Shown in pieces: positions 1 to 9,881 of a stretch of 64,000 nucleotides of DNA. Source of the DNA: an uncultured Verrucomicrobiales bacterium (GTDB taxonomy: Bacteria > Verrucomicrobiota > Verrucomicrobiia > Verrucomicrobiales > Akkermansiaceae); NCBI GenBank assembly GCA_937901085.1, contig CALCHQ010000085.1, positions 2,041-66,040 of the forward strand, in the 5' to 3' direction. Each line of letters begins with the position of its first letter. Position 1 is the stretch's first letter. The position numbers and the translations under genes are program-made. The notes beneath the pieces are model-generated. The model saw only the letters and a list, made by a program, of their open reading frames with translations. It searched no databases and was not told the origin of the DNA.

Positions 1-1574
1 GAGAAGAGCGGGTGCGGGCTGTTCGGACGGCTCTGGAATTCGGGATGGTACTGGCAGGCGATGAAGAAGGGATGGGAGGGAAGCTCGACTACTTCCACCA
101 GGCCATGTTCATCATTCACCGCAGAAATCACCATGCCACCCTGCTCCACTTCCTCGCGGTAAGCGGCATTGAATTCATAGCGGTGGCGGTGGCGCTCGGA
201 AATGACCTCCTTTTCATCATAGAGCCTGCTGCAGAGCGTACCCGGCTTGATGTGGGCCGGATAGGCACCCAGGCGCATGGTGGCTCCCATGTTCTCGATG
301 TGCTTCTGCTCTTCCTGCAGGCAGACCACGGGGGCCTTGCTGTCCTTGTTGAACTCGGTGGAGTTGGCATCGGCATGGCCCAGCACGTTGCGGGCAAACT
401 CGATGACGGCCACCTGCATGCCGAGGCAGATACCCAGGAAGGGGATGTTGTTCTCGCGGGCGTACTGCACGGCCTTGATCTTGCCTTCCACGCCGCGGTC
501 GCCGAAGCCACCGGGTACCAGAATGCCGTCCACCTTGCCAATCATTTCCTCGCAGCTGCCGTTGCCCAGCGCTTCGGCATCCACGCGCACCACCTCGACG
601 CGGCAGTCGTTGGCGGCGCCGGCGTGCGTGAAGCTCTCGTAAATGGACTTGTAGGCATCCTGCAGGGAAATGTACTTGCCCACCACGGCAATACGCACAC
701 TGTGGGAGGGGTGAATCACGCGACCCACAAACTTCTGCCAGTCGTCCATCTTGGGTTTTGGAACAGTGATACCCAGCACATCTGTCACGATGCGGTCCAC
801 CTTGTCACGGCCCAGGTCAATCGGGCATTCGTAGATGCTGTGCTTCACGTCGCAGAAAGCCACCACATTGGAAGAGGGAACGTTGCAGAACATGGCAATC
901 TTGCGTTTCTCCTCATCGGTGAGGTTATCCATCTCCGTACGGCACACAATCATATCCGGCTGGATACCAATCTCCCGCAGCTTGGCCACACTCTGCTGCG
1001 TGGGTTTGGTCTTGGTCTCACCGGCAGCCTTGATGTAGGGCAGCAGGGTCACATGGATGAAGCAGCAGTTGTTGCGCCCCACCTCTTGGCTGAACTGGCG
1101 CAGGGATTCCAGGAACAGGAAGCCCTCGATGTCACCTACTGTACCACCGATTTCGGTGATGATGACATCGCAGTTCTTATTCTTCTCTGTCAGGTCGTAG
1201 AGACGCTGCTTGATTTCATCCGTCACATGCGGGATGTACTGCACCGTCTTGCCCAGGTAATCGCCGCGGCGTTCCTTTTCCAGCACGCGTTCAAAGACCT
1301 TGCCGCTGGTCAGGTTGTTCAGGCGGGAAAGCTCGCAATGCACGAAGCGTTCGTAGTGCCCCAGGTCCAGGTCTGTCTCGGCTCCATCGTTCAGCACATA
1401 CACTTCACCGTGCTGGTAGGGGCTCATCGTGCCCGGGTCGATGTTCAGATACGGGTCAAACTTCTGCATGGTCACCTCCAGACCGCAATGCTCCAGCAGC
1501 GTGCCGATGGAGGCAGCCGCAAGACCTTTACCCAGGGAGGAAACAACACCGCCGGTTACAAAGATGTATTTCAT
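1..1574 (-). CDS. pyrG: CTP synthase (3' end runs off the window)
   Basis: Reverse strand from 1574 reads MKYIFVTGGVVSSLGKGLAAASIG...KFDPYLNIDPGTMSPYQHGEV; glutaminase motif GICLGMQ near 270-290. Absent from the ORF track because no stop lies in the window. Confidence 0.97.
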   Translation of the reverse strand, partial: MKYIFVTGGVVSSLGKGLAAASIGTLLEHCGLEVTMQKFDPYLNIDPGTMSPYQHGEVYVLNDGAETDLDLGHYERFVHCELSRLNNLTSGKVFERVLEKERRGDYLGKTVQYIPHVTDEIKQRLYDLTEKNKNCDVIITEIGGTVGDIEGFLFLESLRQFSQEVGRNNCCFIHVTLLPYIKAAGETKTKPTQQSVAKLREIGIQPDMIVCRTEMDNLTDEEKRKIAMFCNVPSSNVVAFCDVKHSIYECPIDLGRDKVDRIVTDVLGITVPKPKMDDWQKFVGRVIHPSHSVRIAVVGKYISLQDAYKSIYESFTHAGAANDCRVEVVRVDAEALGNGSCEEMIGKVDGILVPGGFGDRGVEGKIKAVQYARENNIPFLGICLGMQVAVIEFARNVLGHADANSTEFNKDSKAPVVCLQEEQKHIENMGATMRLGAYPAHIKPGTLCSRLYDEKEVISERHRHRYEFNAAYREEVEQGGMVISAVNDEHGLVEVVELPSHPFFIACQYHPEFQSRPNSPHPLF

Positions 1575-1754
1575 AAATTTGTGTTCTCTGTGTGGTTAAG
1601 GTAAGAATAACACATTCTCCCGCCAGTGTCGAGTTTTTGTCCTTTTTACTACCCCCTGCACGCGCCGCGATTATCTCCTAATCTCTTTATTGTAAAATAA
1701 TGCTTGCTTTTTGCAGAAATTTTCCTATACTTTCTTAGGCTTGTTAATTAAGTT

Positions 1755-2615
1755 ATGAATTCCAGAGACAGAATCACCCATTTCATGCAACAGCAGCAGA
1801 GGGCCACACGCCCGCAGATAGCGGCCGCGCTTAGGCTGAGCCTCGTCAGCACGAATGCCGCTGTGGCCATCCTGGAACAAGAGCGCATCCTGCTGCCCGG
1901 TGAGCTGATACCCTCCGGCGGCGGCAGACCTGTGCGGGAATACCATTTCAATAACAGGCACGGAGCAGTAGCCCTCTTCACCGCCATCCCGGAAGCACAC
2001 AGCACGCTGCTGCACTTCGAGCTGCTGGATCTGCAGGGGCATACCCGGGAAGAACGCCATGCACGCTTCGTGCAGCTGCATGCCGAAAGCCTGGATGAAT
2101 GGTTGGATGCAGCCGCCCGACACCACAAGCTGCAACGCATCTGCCTGCCTCCGGGACTGAGCAGCAGCATCCTCACGCACCTGCAGCAACGCCACAACTG
2201 CCCGGTGCAGGAATTTTCCGCTGCCGAGGCACTGGCAGGCAGCCGGGAGGATACCCTCACCCTGTTACTGCAGAAAGGGCATGCACCGCAGGGAGCCATG
2301 CGCCGCTATAAGAAGACCACTCCCTGCCCGCTGCTGCACCTGCTCCCGCTCCCTGCAGACTGGGAAACACTCGACTACGCTGACCACACCTTGGTGGAAG
2401 AAATGCTCGCCCGCCTGCTCCAGCTGATCACCTGCACCCTCGCCCCGGTCCACATTGACCTGCATGCCGATTTCTGGAACGACCGCCTCATCTCCCGACT
2501 CAACTTCAACCTCAACACCAAGCTCAGGGGCATCGACCACATTCCTGCGCTGCACTACAAAAGCACCAGCGCCGACAAAATTGCGCGGCAGATGCGGCTT
2601 GGCGCCGTCCGCTAG
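1755..2615 (+). CDS. Divergent ROK-family-like transcriptional regulator (N-terminal HTH)
   Basis: ATRPQIAAALRLSLVSTNAAV HTH followed by SGGGRP, typical of ROK repressors; sugar-binding part degenerate. Confidence 0.6.
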   Translation: MNSRDRITHFMQQQQRATRPQIAAALRLSLVSTNAAVAILEQERILLPGELIPSGGGRPVREYHFNNRHGAVALFTAIPEAHSTLLHFELLDLQGHTREERHARFVQLHAESLDEWLDAAARHHKLQRICLPPGLSSSILTHLQQRHNCPVQEFSAAEALAGSREDTLTLLLQKGHAPQGAMRRYKKTTPCPLLHLLPLPADWETLDYADHTLVEEMLARLLQLITCTLAPVHIDLHADFWNDRLISRLNFNLNTKLRGIDHIPALHYKSTSADKIARQMRLGAVR

Positions 2616-2638
2616 CACGCCCCCCCCGGACTTCCCCA

Positions 2639-2666
2639 TTGACATTAGAGCCCGTCGTTCTATAAT
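2639..2666 (+). promoter_or_regulatory. Sigma70-type promoter of the SDR gene, probably leaderless
   Basis: TTGACA-16 nt-TATAAT, ATG 6 nt downstream. Confidence 0.7.
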
Positions 2667-2672
2667 GAGAAC

Positions 2673-3389
2673 ATGAGCGAGTTTGCCGGAAAAGTCGTCA
2701 TCGTCACAGGAGGAGCGCAGGGCATCGGCCGCTGTATTGCCGAGCAGTTCAGCGCCGCGGGAGCCCACGTCTGCCTGTTTGACTTACAGGAAAATCCATA
2801 CTTCACGGGAGACCTTGCCGAAGATGCCGACCTGCAGGCCTTCTGTACCAAGGTACTGCAGGAACATGGCCATGCCGACTTCCTCATCAACAACGCCGCG
2901 CCGCTGTTCAAAGGGCTGCCGGATTGCAGCTGGGAGGAGTTCAACTACGCTCTGAAGGTAGGCGTTGCCGCCCCCTACCGGCTCACCCAGCTCTTCATGG
3001 AACATTTTGCACCGGGAGCAGCCATCGTAAACATCTCATCGAGCCGCGACCGCATGAGCATGCCCGGCTCCGAATCTTACACCGCCGCCAAGGGCGGCAT
3101 TGCCGCCCTCACGCATGCCCTGGCCGTTTCTCTTGCAGGCAAAGTACGAGTCAACTCCATCTCGCCGGGCTGGATAGAAACAGGCGATGCCACATACAGC
3201 GGTGCCGATACACAGCAACACCCCGCCGGACGCGTAGGGCGCCCGGAAGATATTGCAGAAATGGTACTCTTCCTCTGCTCGGCACGCGCCGGGTTCATCA
3301 CCGGAGAGAACATCTGCATCGACGGCGGCATGACCCGCCAGATGATTTACCACGGCGACCACGGCTGGAAATTCACGCCGCAGCCATGA
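2673..3389 (+). CDS. Short-chain dehydrogenase/reductase
   Basis: TGGAQGIG, NNA, YxxxK (YTAAK), ISPGWI. Confidence 0.93.
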   Translation: MSEFAGKVVIVTGGAQGIGRCIAEQFSAAGAHVCLFDLQENPYFTGDLAEDADLQAFCTKVLQEHGHADFLINNAAPLFKGLPDCSWEEFNYALKVGVAAPYRLTQLFMEHFAPGAAIVNISSSRDRMSMPGSESYTAAKGGIAALTHALAVSLAGKVRVNSISPGWIETGDATYSGADTQQHPAGRVGRPEDIAEMVLFLCSARAGFITGENICIDGGMTRQMIYHGDHGWKFTPQP

Positions 3390-3431
3390 GCAGCCTGCCG
3401 TGAACGCAGGCCGTTTCCCACACGCCAGAGC

Positions 3432-4385
3432 TTATTCCAGCACCCCGGCGGCGTAATCCACAGCCATGAGTCCGGCTCCGATGATACCGGCATCTGCCCC
3501 GAACTGAGCTGGCAGCAGGCGCAGGTTCTCATAATGAACCGGGAAAAGCTGCTCCTTGAGGCAGGCACGAAGCGGCTCAAAAAGCAAATCTCCCGCCTTG
3601 GCCACACCACCGCCGATGATAAAGGCCTCCGGCACCAGGGCATACATCATATTCATGATGAGACAGCCCAGCTTCTCTGCAAACCCACGGTACAGCTCCC
3701 GCGCAAGCGCATCACCCGCCCGCGCCGCCTGTTCCAGCGCATGCGGCGTACATTCAGCCAGCGATTTCTGCGCTCCGGCGGCCGCATAACGCGCAACCGC
3801 ATCGGCAGCAAACTCGTTGTTGCCGATATACTCCTCTACTGCTCCCCGGTTACCGAAAGGCCCCATGCGACCCTTGAAATCCACACTCGTCTGCCCCAGC
3901 TCCGCACAGGAAACATTGCGGCCGCGCAGCAGGCGGTTATGCAGCACAATGCAACCACCAATCCCGGTTCCCAGCGTGAGGCACAGCAGGCTCTCCAGCC
4001 CCCTGCCCGCGCCTAACTTCCACTCGGCATAGCCCATACAGTTCGCATCATTATCCAGCACAACCGGCAAGCCCAATTCGCGTTCCATCACCGCGCGCAC
4101 CGGCACCTGGTGATTCCACACCGGAACATTCGTAAGCTGGTAGAGAACCCCCTTGTAGAAATCCACCCAGCCGGGCATGCCCAGACCGACAGCCACCACC
4201 TGCGGGTACTTGCGCTGCAAGGCCTTCATCTCCGCGCACATAGCTGCCATGATAGCGTCCGGGCTATCAAACGCGGGCGTGGGCAGCGGTGGTGCCTTAT
4301 CCACCAACTCCGCCCCGCGGGTCACACCAATCTTGATACTCGTTCCCCCGAAATCCACCGCCATGGCCAGACTCTGCTCGCTCAT
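3432..4385 (-). CDS. ROK-family sugar kinase (glucokinase-like)
   Basis: DFGGT, LDNDAN, LTLGTGIGG, GGGV, DAGIIGA motifs. Confidence 0.9.
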   Translation of the reverse strand: MSEQSLAMAVDFGGTSIKIGVTRGAELVDKAPPLPTPAFDSPDAIMAAMCAEMKALQRKYPQVVAVGLGMPGWVDFYKGVLYQLTNVPVWNHQVPVRAVMERELGLPVVLDNDANCMGYAEWKLGAGRGLESLLCLTLGTGIGGCIVLHNRLLRGRNVSCAELGQTSVDFKGRMGPFGNRGAVEEYIGNNEFAADAVARYAAAGAQKSLAECTPHALEQAARAGDALARELYRGFAEKLGCLIMNMMYALVPEAFIIGGGVAKAGDLLFEPLRACLKEQLFPVHYENLRLLPAQFGADAGIIGAGLMAVDYAAGVLE

Positions 4386-4512
4386 GCCGGAATTATAATA
4401 CCTCCGCCAATCATTGAAAAGGACTTTTTACAGGGTTGACACTTCCTGGAGTCCCACTCGGAGTATTTCAAGCATGCTCCTGCAAAGAAAAAAGGCGATA
4501 CCGACGACAACG

Positions 4513-4542
4513 AAGCCCTGCATGCCGGAGCATGCAGGGCTT
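4513..4542 (-). terminator. Hairpin downstream of rpsD
   Basis: aagccctgcatgc-cgga-gcatgcagggctt perfect inverted repeat. Confidence 0.6.
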
Positions 4543-4575
4543 GCAGGAATGTTTCCGTTATCGGGAACGCCTCTA

Positions 4576-5187
4576 TTAGCGGGAGTAAAGCTCAACGATG
4601 AGCTGCACGTTCACGATGGGAGCAATCTCCTCAACGGAGGGGATGCGGGTCACCTTGCCAGTAAGCTTGGCGGTGTCAACCTCCAGCCAGTCCGGGGTGG
4701 TGGCGTTGGCGGCCAGCTCGACGAAGCGGTTGGCCAGAGCCTGGGAGCGAGCCTTGGCGGCCACGCTGATGACGTCGCCGGGCTTGCAGCAGTAGGAGGC
4801 GATGTTCACCTTCTTGCCATTCACGGTCACGTGGCCGTGGGACACCATCTGGCGGGCAGCGGCGCGGGTGGTGGCGAAGTTGAGGCGATAGATGATGTTG
4901 TCAAGGCGGGTTTCCAGCAGCTGCAGGAGGATGTCGCCAGTCACACCACGACGGCGGGAGGCTTCCTCATAGTACTTGCGGAACTGACCTTCGAGTACGC
5001 CGTACATGAAGCGGAGCTTCTGCTTTTCGGCAAGCATGATGCCGTAGTCAGACTTCTTCTTGCGGCCGGCGCGGGCACCGTGCTGACCCGGAGGGAAGGG
5101 ACGACGGGCGAAAGCCTTGGAGGCACCGAAGAGTTCAACGCCGAAACGGCGGCTGATCTTGGCGGTAGGACCTGTGTAACGAGCCAT
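4576..5187 (-). CDS. rpsD: 30S ribosomal protein S4
   Basis: MARYTGP..., PPGQHG, EKQKLR, LETRLDN, IVELYSR. Confidence 0.98.
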   Translation of the reverse strand: MARYTGPTAKISRRFGVELFGASKAFARRPFPPGQHGARAGRKKKSDYGIMLAEKQKLRFMYGVLEGQFRKYYEEASRRRGVTGDILLQLLETRLDNIIYRLNFATTRAAARQMVSHGHVTVNGKKVNIASYCCKPGDVISVAAKARSQALANRFVELAANATTPDWLEVDTAKLTGKVTRIPSVEEIAPIVNVQLIVELYSR

Positions 5188-5223
5188 AATGTTCTGTTAT
5201 CTTTCTTGGTTCAGGTTAAACGA

Positions 5224-5754
5224 TTAGGCGCGACGAGCCTTGGGAGGACGGCAACCGTTGTGCGGGATGGGCGTCACGTCGGCGATGGAGGAGATTTCCA
5301 GACCGATGGCCTGCACGGCACGAACAGCGGATTCACGACCGGAACCCGGCCCCTTGACGCGGACTTCAACTTCCTTGAGGCCGTGGCCCATGGCCTGGCG
5401 GCAGGCATCCTGGCATACGACCTGACCGGCATAAGCGGTGCTCTTGCGGCTGCCCTTGAAGTTGAGCTTGCCGGCAGAGGACCAGCCAATCACGTTGCCC
5501 TTGAGGTCGGTCACGCTCACCACGGTGTTGTTGAAGGTGGAGGAGATGTGCACGATACCGGTGGTAACGTTCTTGCTGCCTTTAGCCTTGAGAATCTTGA
5601 CCTTGTCGTCATCGTCAGCGAGACCAAGCTCGGCAAAGATGTCGCGACGAGCCTCGGGCTTCTTCTGCTCGGCGGGAGCGGGAGCCTCGGCCTGAACGGG
5701 AGCCTCAGCGGCTACTACGTCCTTCACTTCTTCCTGGATGGTTTCTTCAGCCAT
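5224..5754 (-). CDS. rpsK: 30S ribosomal protein S11 with acidic N-terminal extension
   Basis: [38 protein letters not shown]. Confidence 0.98.
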   Translation of the reverse strand: MAEETIQEEVKDVVAAEAPVQAEAPAPAEQKKPEARRDIFAELGLADDDDKVKILKAKGSKNVTTGIVHISSTFNNTVVSVTDLKGNVIGWSSAGKLNFKGSRKSTAYAGQVVCQDACRQAMGHGLKEVEVRVKGPGSGRESAVRAVQAIGLEISSIADVTPIPHNGCRPPKARRA

Positions 5755-5781
5755 TTTCAGTATATTCTCTTAAAAGGTTAA

Positions 5782-6150
5782 TTACTTCTTGGCGCCCACA
5801 GTCTTCTTGCGGCCCTTACGGGTGCGGGCATTGGTGCGGGTACGCTGACCGCGAACGGGGAGACCCTTGCGGTGGCGGATGCCGCGCAGACAGTTGATGC
5901 TGGTCAGACGCTTGAGTGCCATCTGCTTCTCACGGCGCAGGTCACCCTCGATGAGGATGTTGTTGCTGGTGATAGCCTGAACAATCTTGGTCAGCTGAGC
6001 GTCAGAGAGCGTGCCAGTACGGAGGTCCGGGGAGATACCGGCCTGTTCCAGCACCTTCTTAGCCGTGGAGGGCCCGATGCCGTAGATGTAGCACAGGGAG
6101 GCCTCAACGCGCTTCTCGTTGGGAATTTCGATACCGAAAAGACGAGCCAT
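5782..6150 (-). CDS. rpsM: 30S ribosomal protein S13
   Basis: YIYGIG, RGIRHRKGLPVRGQRTRTNART. Confidence 0.98.
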   Translation of the reverse strand: MARLFGIEIPNEKRVEASLCYIYGIGPSTAKKVLEQAGISPDLRTGTLSDAQLTKIVQAITSNNILIEGDLRREKQMALKRLTSINCLRGIRHRKGLPVRGQRTRTNARTRKGRKKTVGAKK

Positions 6151-6340
6151 AGTGGTGTGTTCTTATTAGTGATGATTGATGGTCGCCACCGCGCGGTGGC
6201 AATTTGTCGGCGCAGATTCTACACGCTTTTTGACTTTTGGCAAGCACAATCTTGCAAAAAATTACAACTTTGGGTAATTTTGGGATTTTTACCCCCTCTT
6301 TTATATACTTCGTGGCAGCAAAGCCCCAGCTGCAGCCCTG

Positions 6341-6775
6341 TTAATCCAGCTCCGGCATGGGGCGCAGAACGGGGACTTCGGGCAGCACGGAAGAGGTGCT
6401 GCCACCGCCGCCTGAGTAGCGTGGCATGACGCTGGGGGTGTAAGTGGACGGAGCGGGGATTTTCTTCAGCTGTATCGCGACGGAGTCTTCCTCGATGTAC
6501 TTTACCTTGGGGTCATTTTCCGTCCACACAAAGGAGAGAAAACCGCTGGTGACCGGGGTAAGGGTTTCAGTGCCGATTTCGTAGCCGCTCTTGCGAGCCA
6601 CGATACCGAGGGTCTTATCCTGGGCAATTTCTGTCACGAGGGGCGTTTTCCCTACATATTCACCATTGATGGTGATGTCTGCTCCCTCTGGTGCGGTGGT
6701 GATGGCCAGTTCCTTGGTGCCGACACAGGCCACCAGCAGCAGCGAAACAGCAGCAAGACAGATTTCCTTCTTCAT
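6341..6775 (-). CDS. PEGA-domain lipoprotein
   Basis: Lipobox LVAC; ITTAPEGADITINGEYVGKTP PEGA signature. Confidence 0.8.
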   Translation of the reverse strand: MKKEICLAAVSLLLVACVGTKELAITTAPEGADITINGEYVGKTPLVTEIAQDKTLGIVARKSGYEIGTETLTPVTSGFLSFVWTENDPKVKYIEEDSVAIQLKKIPAPSTYTPSVMPRYSGGGGSTSSVLPEVPVLRPMPELD

Positions 6776-6866
6776 GCGCGCTAGTGTAGCGCAAAAACCG
6801 GGTGGCGTTCAAGCAAAAATTACATGCTTGCGCTGCTTCATGCTATATGATAGAGTAAAGAGTAAT

Positions 6867-7952
6867 ATGATACGCAAATTGACGGTGGAAGGAATGACAG
6901 TGTTCCAGCAAGAGGAGTCGTTCCATTTTGTTCCTGGTATCAATATCATTGTGGGCGGCAATGATTCGGGCAAGAGTCACCTGATGAAACTTTGCTACGC
7001 CATCAGCAAATGGGGGTGCGGCGGCAGCAGGCGTGATTTGCCCGAAGTGTGGGCCGAAGAGAAGCGTCTGCGGCAGGATCTGCTGCGCGTGTTCGGCACA
7101 CATGATCTGACGAGTCTCACCTCCCGCAGCGCAGGGGCTTGCGCCGAAGCCCGGGTGCGCGCCTCGCTGGAGGGTGATAAAGTTCCTGCCGGAACAGCCG
7201 ATGTAGCTTTTGCTTTCCGCGCCCATTGTGAGGAAGAGGGGCTGCGTATCAGCACCATGCCGGAACGCTACCTGGGCAGCAATGCGGTGTTCCTCTCACC
7301 GCGCGAGGTGCTGTCGATTTATCCCTGCTATATGCAGGCAGGCAAGCGTTACCCGGAATTGCTGGATTCCGCCAGCTGGGAACTGTGCCGCGCGCTGGAG
7401 TCCGAACCAGGCAGCGCCCCCCTGCCCCAGGCGCTGAAATATGTCGTGAAGCAGATTGAACACCTGCTGGGCGGCAGACTGCAGCGGCGCAACGGGCGCT
7501 TCTACCTGCAACGACCAGGGCAGGAAGCGCTGGAACTTAACCTCATCGCCGAAGGGTTCAAGCGCATCGGCACGCTTGGGCTGCTGCTCAACAACGGTAC
7601 GGTACGCCCCGGCACAGCCTTGTTCTGGGATGAACCGGAAATGAACCTGAATGCCGGGCATCTACCCCTGCTGGTGAACCTGATGCTGACGCTCTGCCGC
7701 GCGGGGATTCAACTGCTGCTCACCACTCACAGCCTCTTCCTGCTGCGCGAGCTGGTGATTCAGCTTTCCGACCAGCAGAACCGGGGCGTGAGCCGCCGAT
7801 TCTTTGGTCTGCAGGCCGGCCGGGTGGAGGGCCGCCGCGTGAGCGAGGCCGATGAGCTGGATAATCTGGCTCACCTGGACAGCCTCGAAGCCGAACAGGA
7901 ACAGGCAGACCGCTACCTGAGCCTCATGCCCCAACTTAACGGAGATTTCTGA
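6867..7952 (+). CDS. ABC-type ATPase (AAA_15/AAA_21-like), non-transport
   Basis: Walker A GGNDSGKS, signature AEGFKRIG, Walker B WDEPEMNLN, H-loop TTHS; start placed at MIRKL. Confidence 0.85.
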   Translation: MIRKLTVEGMTVFQQEESFHFVPGINIIVGGNDSGKSHLMKLCYAISKWGCGGSRRDLPEVWAEEKRLRQDLLRVFGTHDLTSLTSRSAGACAEARVRASLEGDKVPAGTADVAFAFRAHCEEEGLRISTMPERYLGSNAVFLSPREVLSIYPCYMQAGKRYPELLDSASWELCRALESEPGSAPLPQALKYVVKQIEHLLGGRLQRRNGRFYLQRPGQEALELNLIAEGFKRIGTLGLLLNNGTVRPGTALFWDEPEMNLNAGHLPLLVNLMLTLCRAGIQLLLTTHSLFLLRELVIQLSDQQNRGVSRRFFGLQAGRVEGRRVSEADELDNLAHLDSLEAEQEQADRYLSLMPQLNGDF

Positions 7953-7954
7953 TT

Positions 7955-8719
7955 GTGTTCCAGGTCGGCACCAGTTGTGTGGAAGGCATGCACCGTTTCA
8001 ATTTTGAAGCGGGGTATTATGTATGCCGCTTCGAATGTTCCCCCTTCTATTCCCACCACGCCCAGAACTTCTGCAACAGCTGCAAGGAGATGGATTTTGT
8101 ACTCTACCATCCGGGGAAGAAGGAACTGTGGCTCATTGAAGTGAAAGATTACCGCTTCAACGCCCGCCCCAAGGTGCGCGACCTGGTGGAGAAACTCTGC
8201 CGCAAAGTGCGCGACTGCCTGTTTCTGCTCCGCACCGCAGCCCTCTGCGCCCCGGAGGAGGAGCCGGATGAGGGCATCTCGCTGCGGGAGATGGCGCGCA
8301 TGAGCATGCAGGCCAGGCACATCCGCCTGGCTTTCACCATAGAACTGGGCAACACAGGCCTGTTCCCGCCCAAGGCACTGCTCTCCACCATACGCGATTT
8401 ACTATACCGCCAGATGCGTTTCATAGACCCGCAGATGCTCTGCCTGCCGATTACGGAATCGGGCGGAGCGGGTCCCTGGACCATCACCCCCGCAGGCAAT
8501 GACCAGTCTGCCCGCATCCGCAAACGCATGGAAAACGCCCAGCGCGAACGCGACCACGCCCGCAAGGTGGCAGAGGAACAGGAACGCCACCGCGAGCGCG
8601 TGGCCGCCCGGCGCCGCCGCAAAGCCCGCAAATCGCACATTCCCCTCTGGAAACAGCGCGCCATGGAGCGGGAAGAGGGGAAAACCGGCACGCATGCCGA
8701 CCGCCGCCTGCGGGATTGA
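7955..8719 (+). CDS. Putative PD-(D/E)xK nuclease-like protein with basic C-terminal tail
   Basis: EMDFV...LWLIEVKDYR motif; GTG start 2 nt after the ATPase stop, GGAGA upstream. Confidence 0.55.
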   Translation: MFQVGTSCVEGMHRFNFEAGYYVCRFECSPFYSHHAQNFCNSCKEMDFVLYHPGKKELWLIEVKDYRFNARPKVRDLVEKLCRKVRDCLFLLRTAALCAPEEEPDEGISLREMARMSMQARHIRLAFTIELGNTGLFPPKALLSTIRDLLYRQMRFIDPQMLCLPITESGGAGPWTITPAGNDQSARIRKRMENAQRERDHARKVAEEQERHRERVAARRRRKARKSHIPLWKQRAMEREEGKTGTHADRRLRD

Positions 8720-8738
8720 TGCGATGCTGTCCACACAA

Positions 8739-8772
8739 AAAAACTGCTTCCTCCGGCGGAGGAAGCAGTTTT
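8739..8772. terminator. Bidirectional intrinsic terminator
   Basis: aaaactgcttcctcc-ggc-ggaggaagcagtttt between convergent genes. Confidence 0.8.
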
Positions 8773-8795
8773 CAAAATCAATTCCGTAAGTCGGA

Positions 8796-9350
8796 TCAGG
8801 GCTTGATGACGGAAGCAAGCACCACCGTACCGTTGAAGGGGGTACTCACGTTGGCGGGCATCTCGACCTGAGCAAGACGGAAGGATTCCTTCATGCCCAC
8901 GCCGGAGATATCGGCGGTGATGCAGCAGGGGATGTCCTTCACAGCGCACTTCACGGGCATCTCGTGTACAATCTGGTGTACAACGCCACCCATGGCAGCA
9001 CCGGCGGGAGTACCCACAAGCTTCACCTGCACGCGGGTCTTCACCACGGTGTCGGGAGTCACGGCGCAGAAGTCGACATGGTTGGTGGAATCGGTCAGCC
9101 AGTTGCGCTGCACGTCCTTCACCAGGGTCAGGATAGTCTGGCCGTCCAGCTCCAGGTTCACCAGGATGGAATCGGTATCAACGGAAGCGAACAGAGCGCG
9201 GACATCAGAAGTCTTGAGCTGGATGTTGATGTTTTCGGCAACAGCGGCACCGTACACCACGCCGGGGAGGTAACCCTGAGCGCGCAGAGCGTTCAGCTTG
9301 CCAGTACCGATGGCCTCGCGCTTGGTGGCCTTGAGGGAATATGTCGTCAT
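8796..9350 (-). CDS. rplY: 50S ribosomal protein L25/CTC
   Basis: LRAQGYLPGVVYG, KDVQRN...HVDF, C-terminal CTC domain. Confidence 0.93.
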   Translation of the reverse strand: MTTYSLKATKREAIGTGKLNALRAQGYLPGVVYGAAVAENINIQLKTSDVRALFASVDTDSILVNLELDGQTILTLVKDVQRNWLTDSTNHVDFCAVTPDTVVKTRVQVKLVGTPAGAAMGGVVHQIVHEMPVKCAVKDIPCCITADISGVGMKESFRLAQVEMPANVSTPFNGTVVLASVIKP

Positions 9351-9553
9351 AGTTATAATTCTTTCTATGTCTTGAAATTAGGTTTTGTCTGGAGTTCTTC
9401 CGACGTCGGTGCGCCTGCGTCACCCGCCGGGATATCGCACCCTGCCAGCGAAAGCAAGGTGGACGCCCAGAATACGCCTTATTGCAGAAAAGTCAAGCAA
9501 AAACCCCATATTTTCCTTGAAAATGGCATTCTTTACCGATAGGATGAGGGGGC

Positions 9554-9721
9554 ATGAAGGCCTTTTTCCTCCTCCCGCTCACCCTGCTCTGCTGCAGCTG
9601 TGCCCAGATGTCGCAGCAGGCCGTGGGCCCCATCCCCCCGCCCGCACCCGAGACGCTTCGCCGCCCCATTCCCCCGGCATTGCAGCATTACTACACCCTG
9701 CCCGCCCCGCAAGAGAACTGA
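9554..9721 (+). CDS. Small proline-rich lipoprotein (55 aa)
   Basis: MKAFFLLPLTLLCCSCAQMSQQAVGPIPPPAPETLRRPIPPALQHYYTLPAPQEN; preceded by TTGAAA-17-TAGGAT; below the ORF-track cutoff. Confidence 0.55.
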   Translation: MKAFFLLPLTLLCCSCAQMSQQAVGPIPPPAPETLRRPIPPALQHYYTLPAPQEN

Positions 9722-9748
9722 GCAAATTGTCATTACCGCATAAAAAGC

Positions 9749-9840
9749 TTGACACACGCGCCCGGCACGATATATAATGCGCGCGTACAAGTTCCGGTCC
9801 GTTATGAGATTGGGGCGGGTCTGCGACCCGCTCTTTTTTT
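9749..9840 (+). promoter_or_regulatory. nusA operon promoter and terminator-like leader (rimP-leader-like)
   Basis: TTGACA-18-TATAAT, then hairpin gggcgggtc-tgc-gacccgctc plus T7 before nusA. Confidence 0.65.
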
Positions 9841-9881
9841 GTACACGGGCACAACCCATCCAATCAAGACACACAAGAACA

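Noticed and set aside
12..1604. 530-aa plus-strand ORF
   Set aside because: Antisense shadow of pyrG caused by GC-biased codon usage
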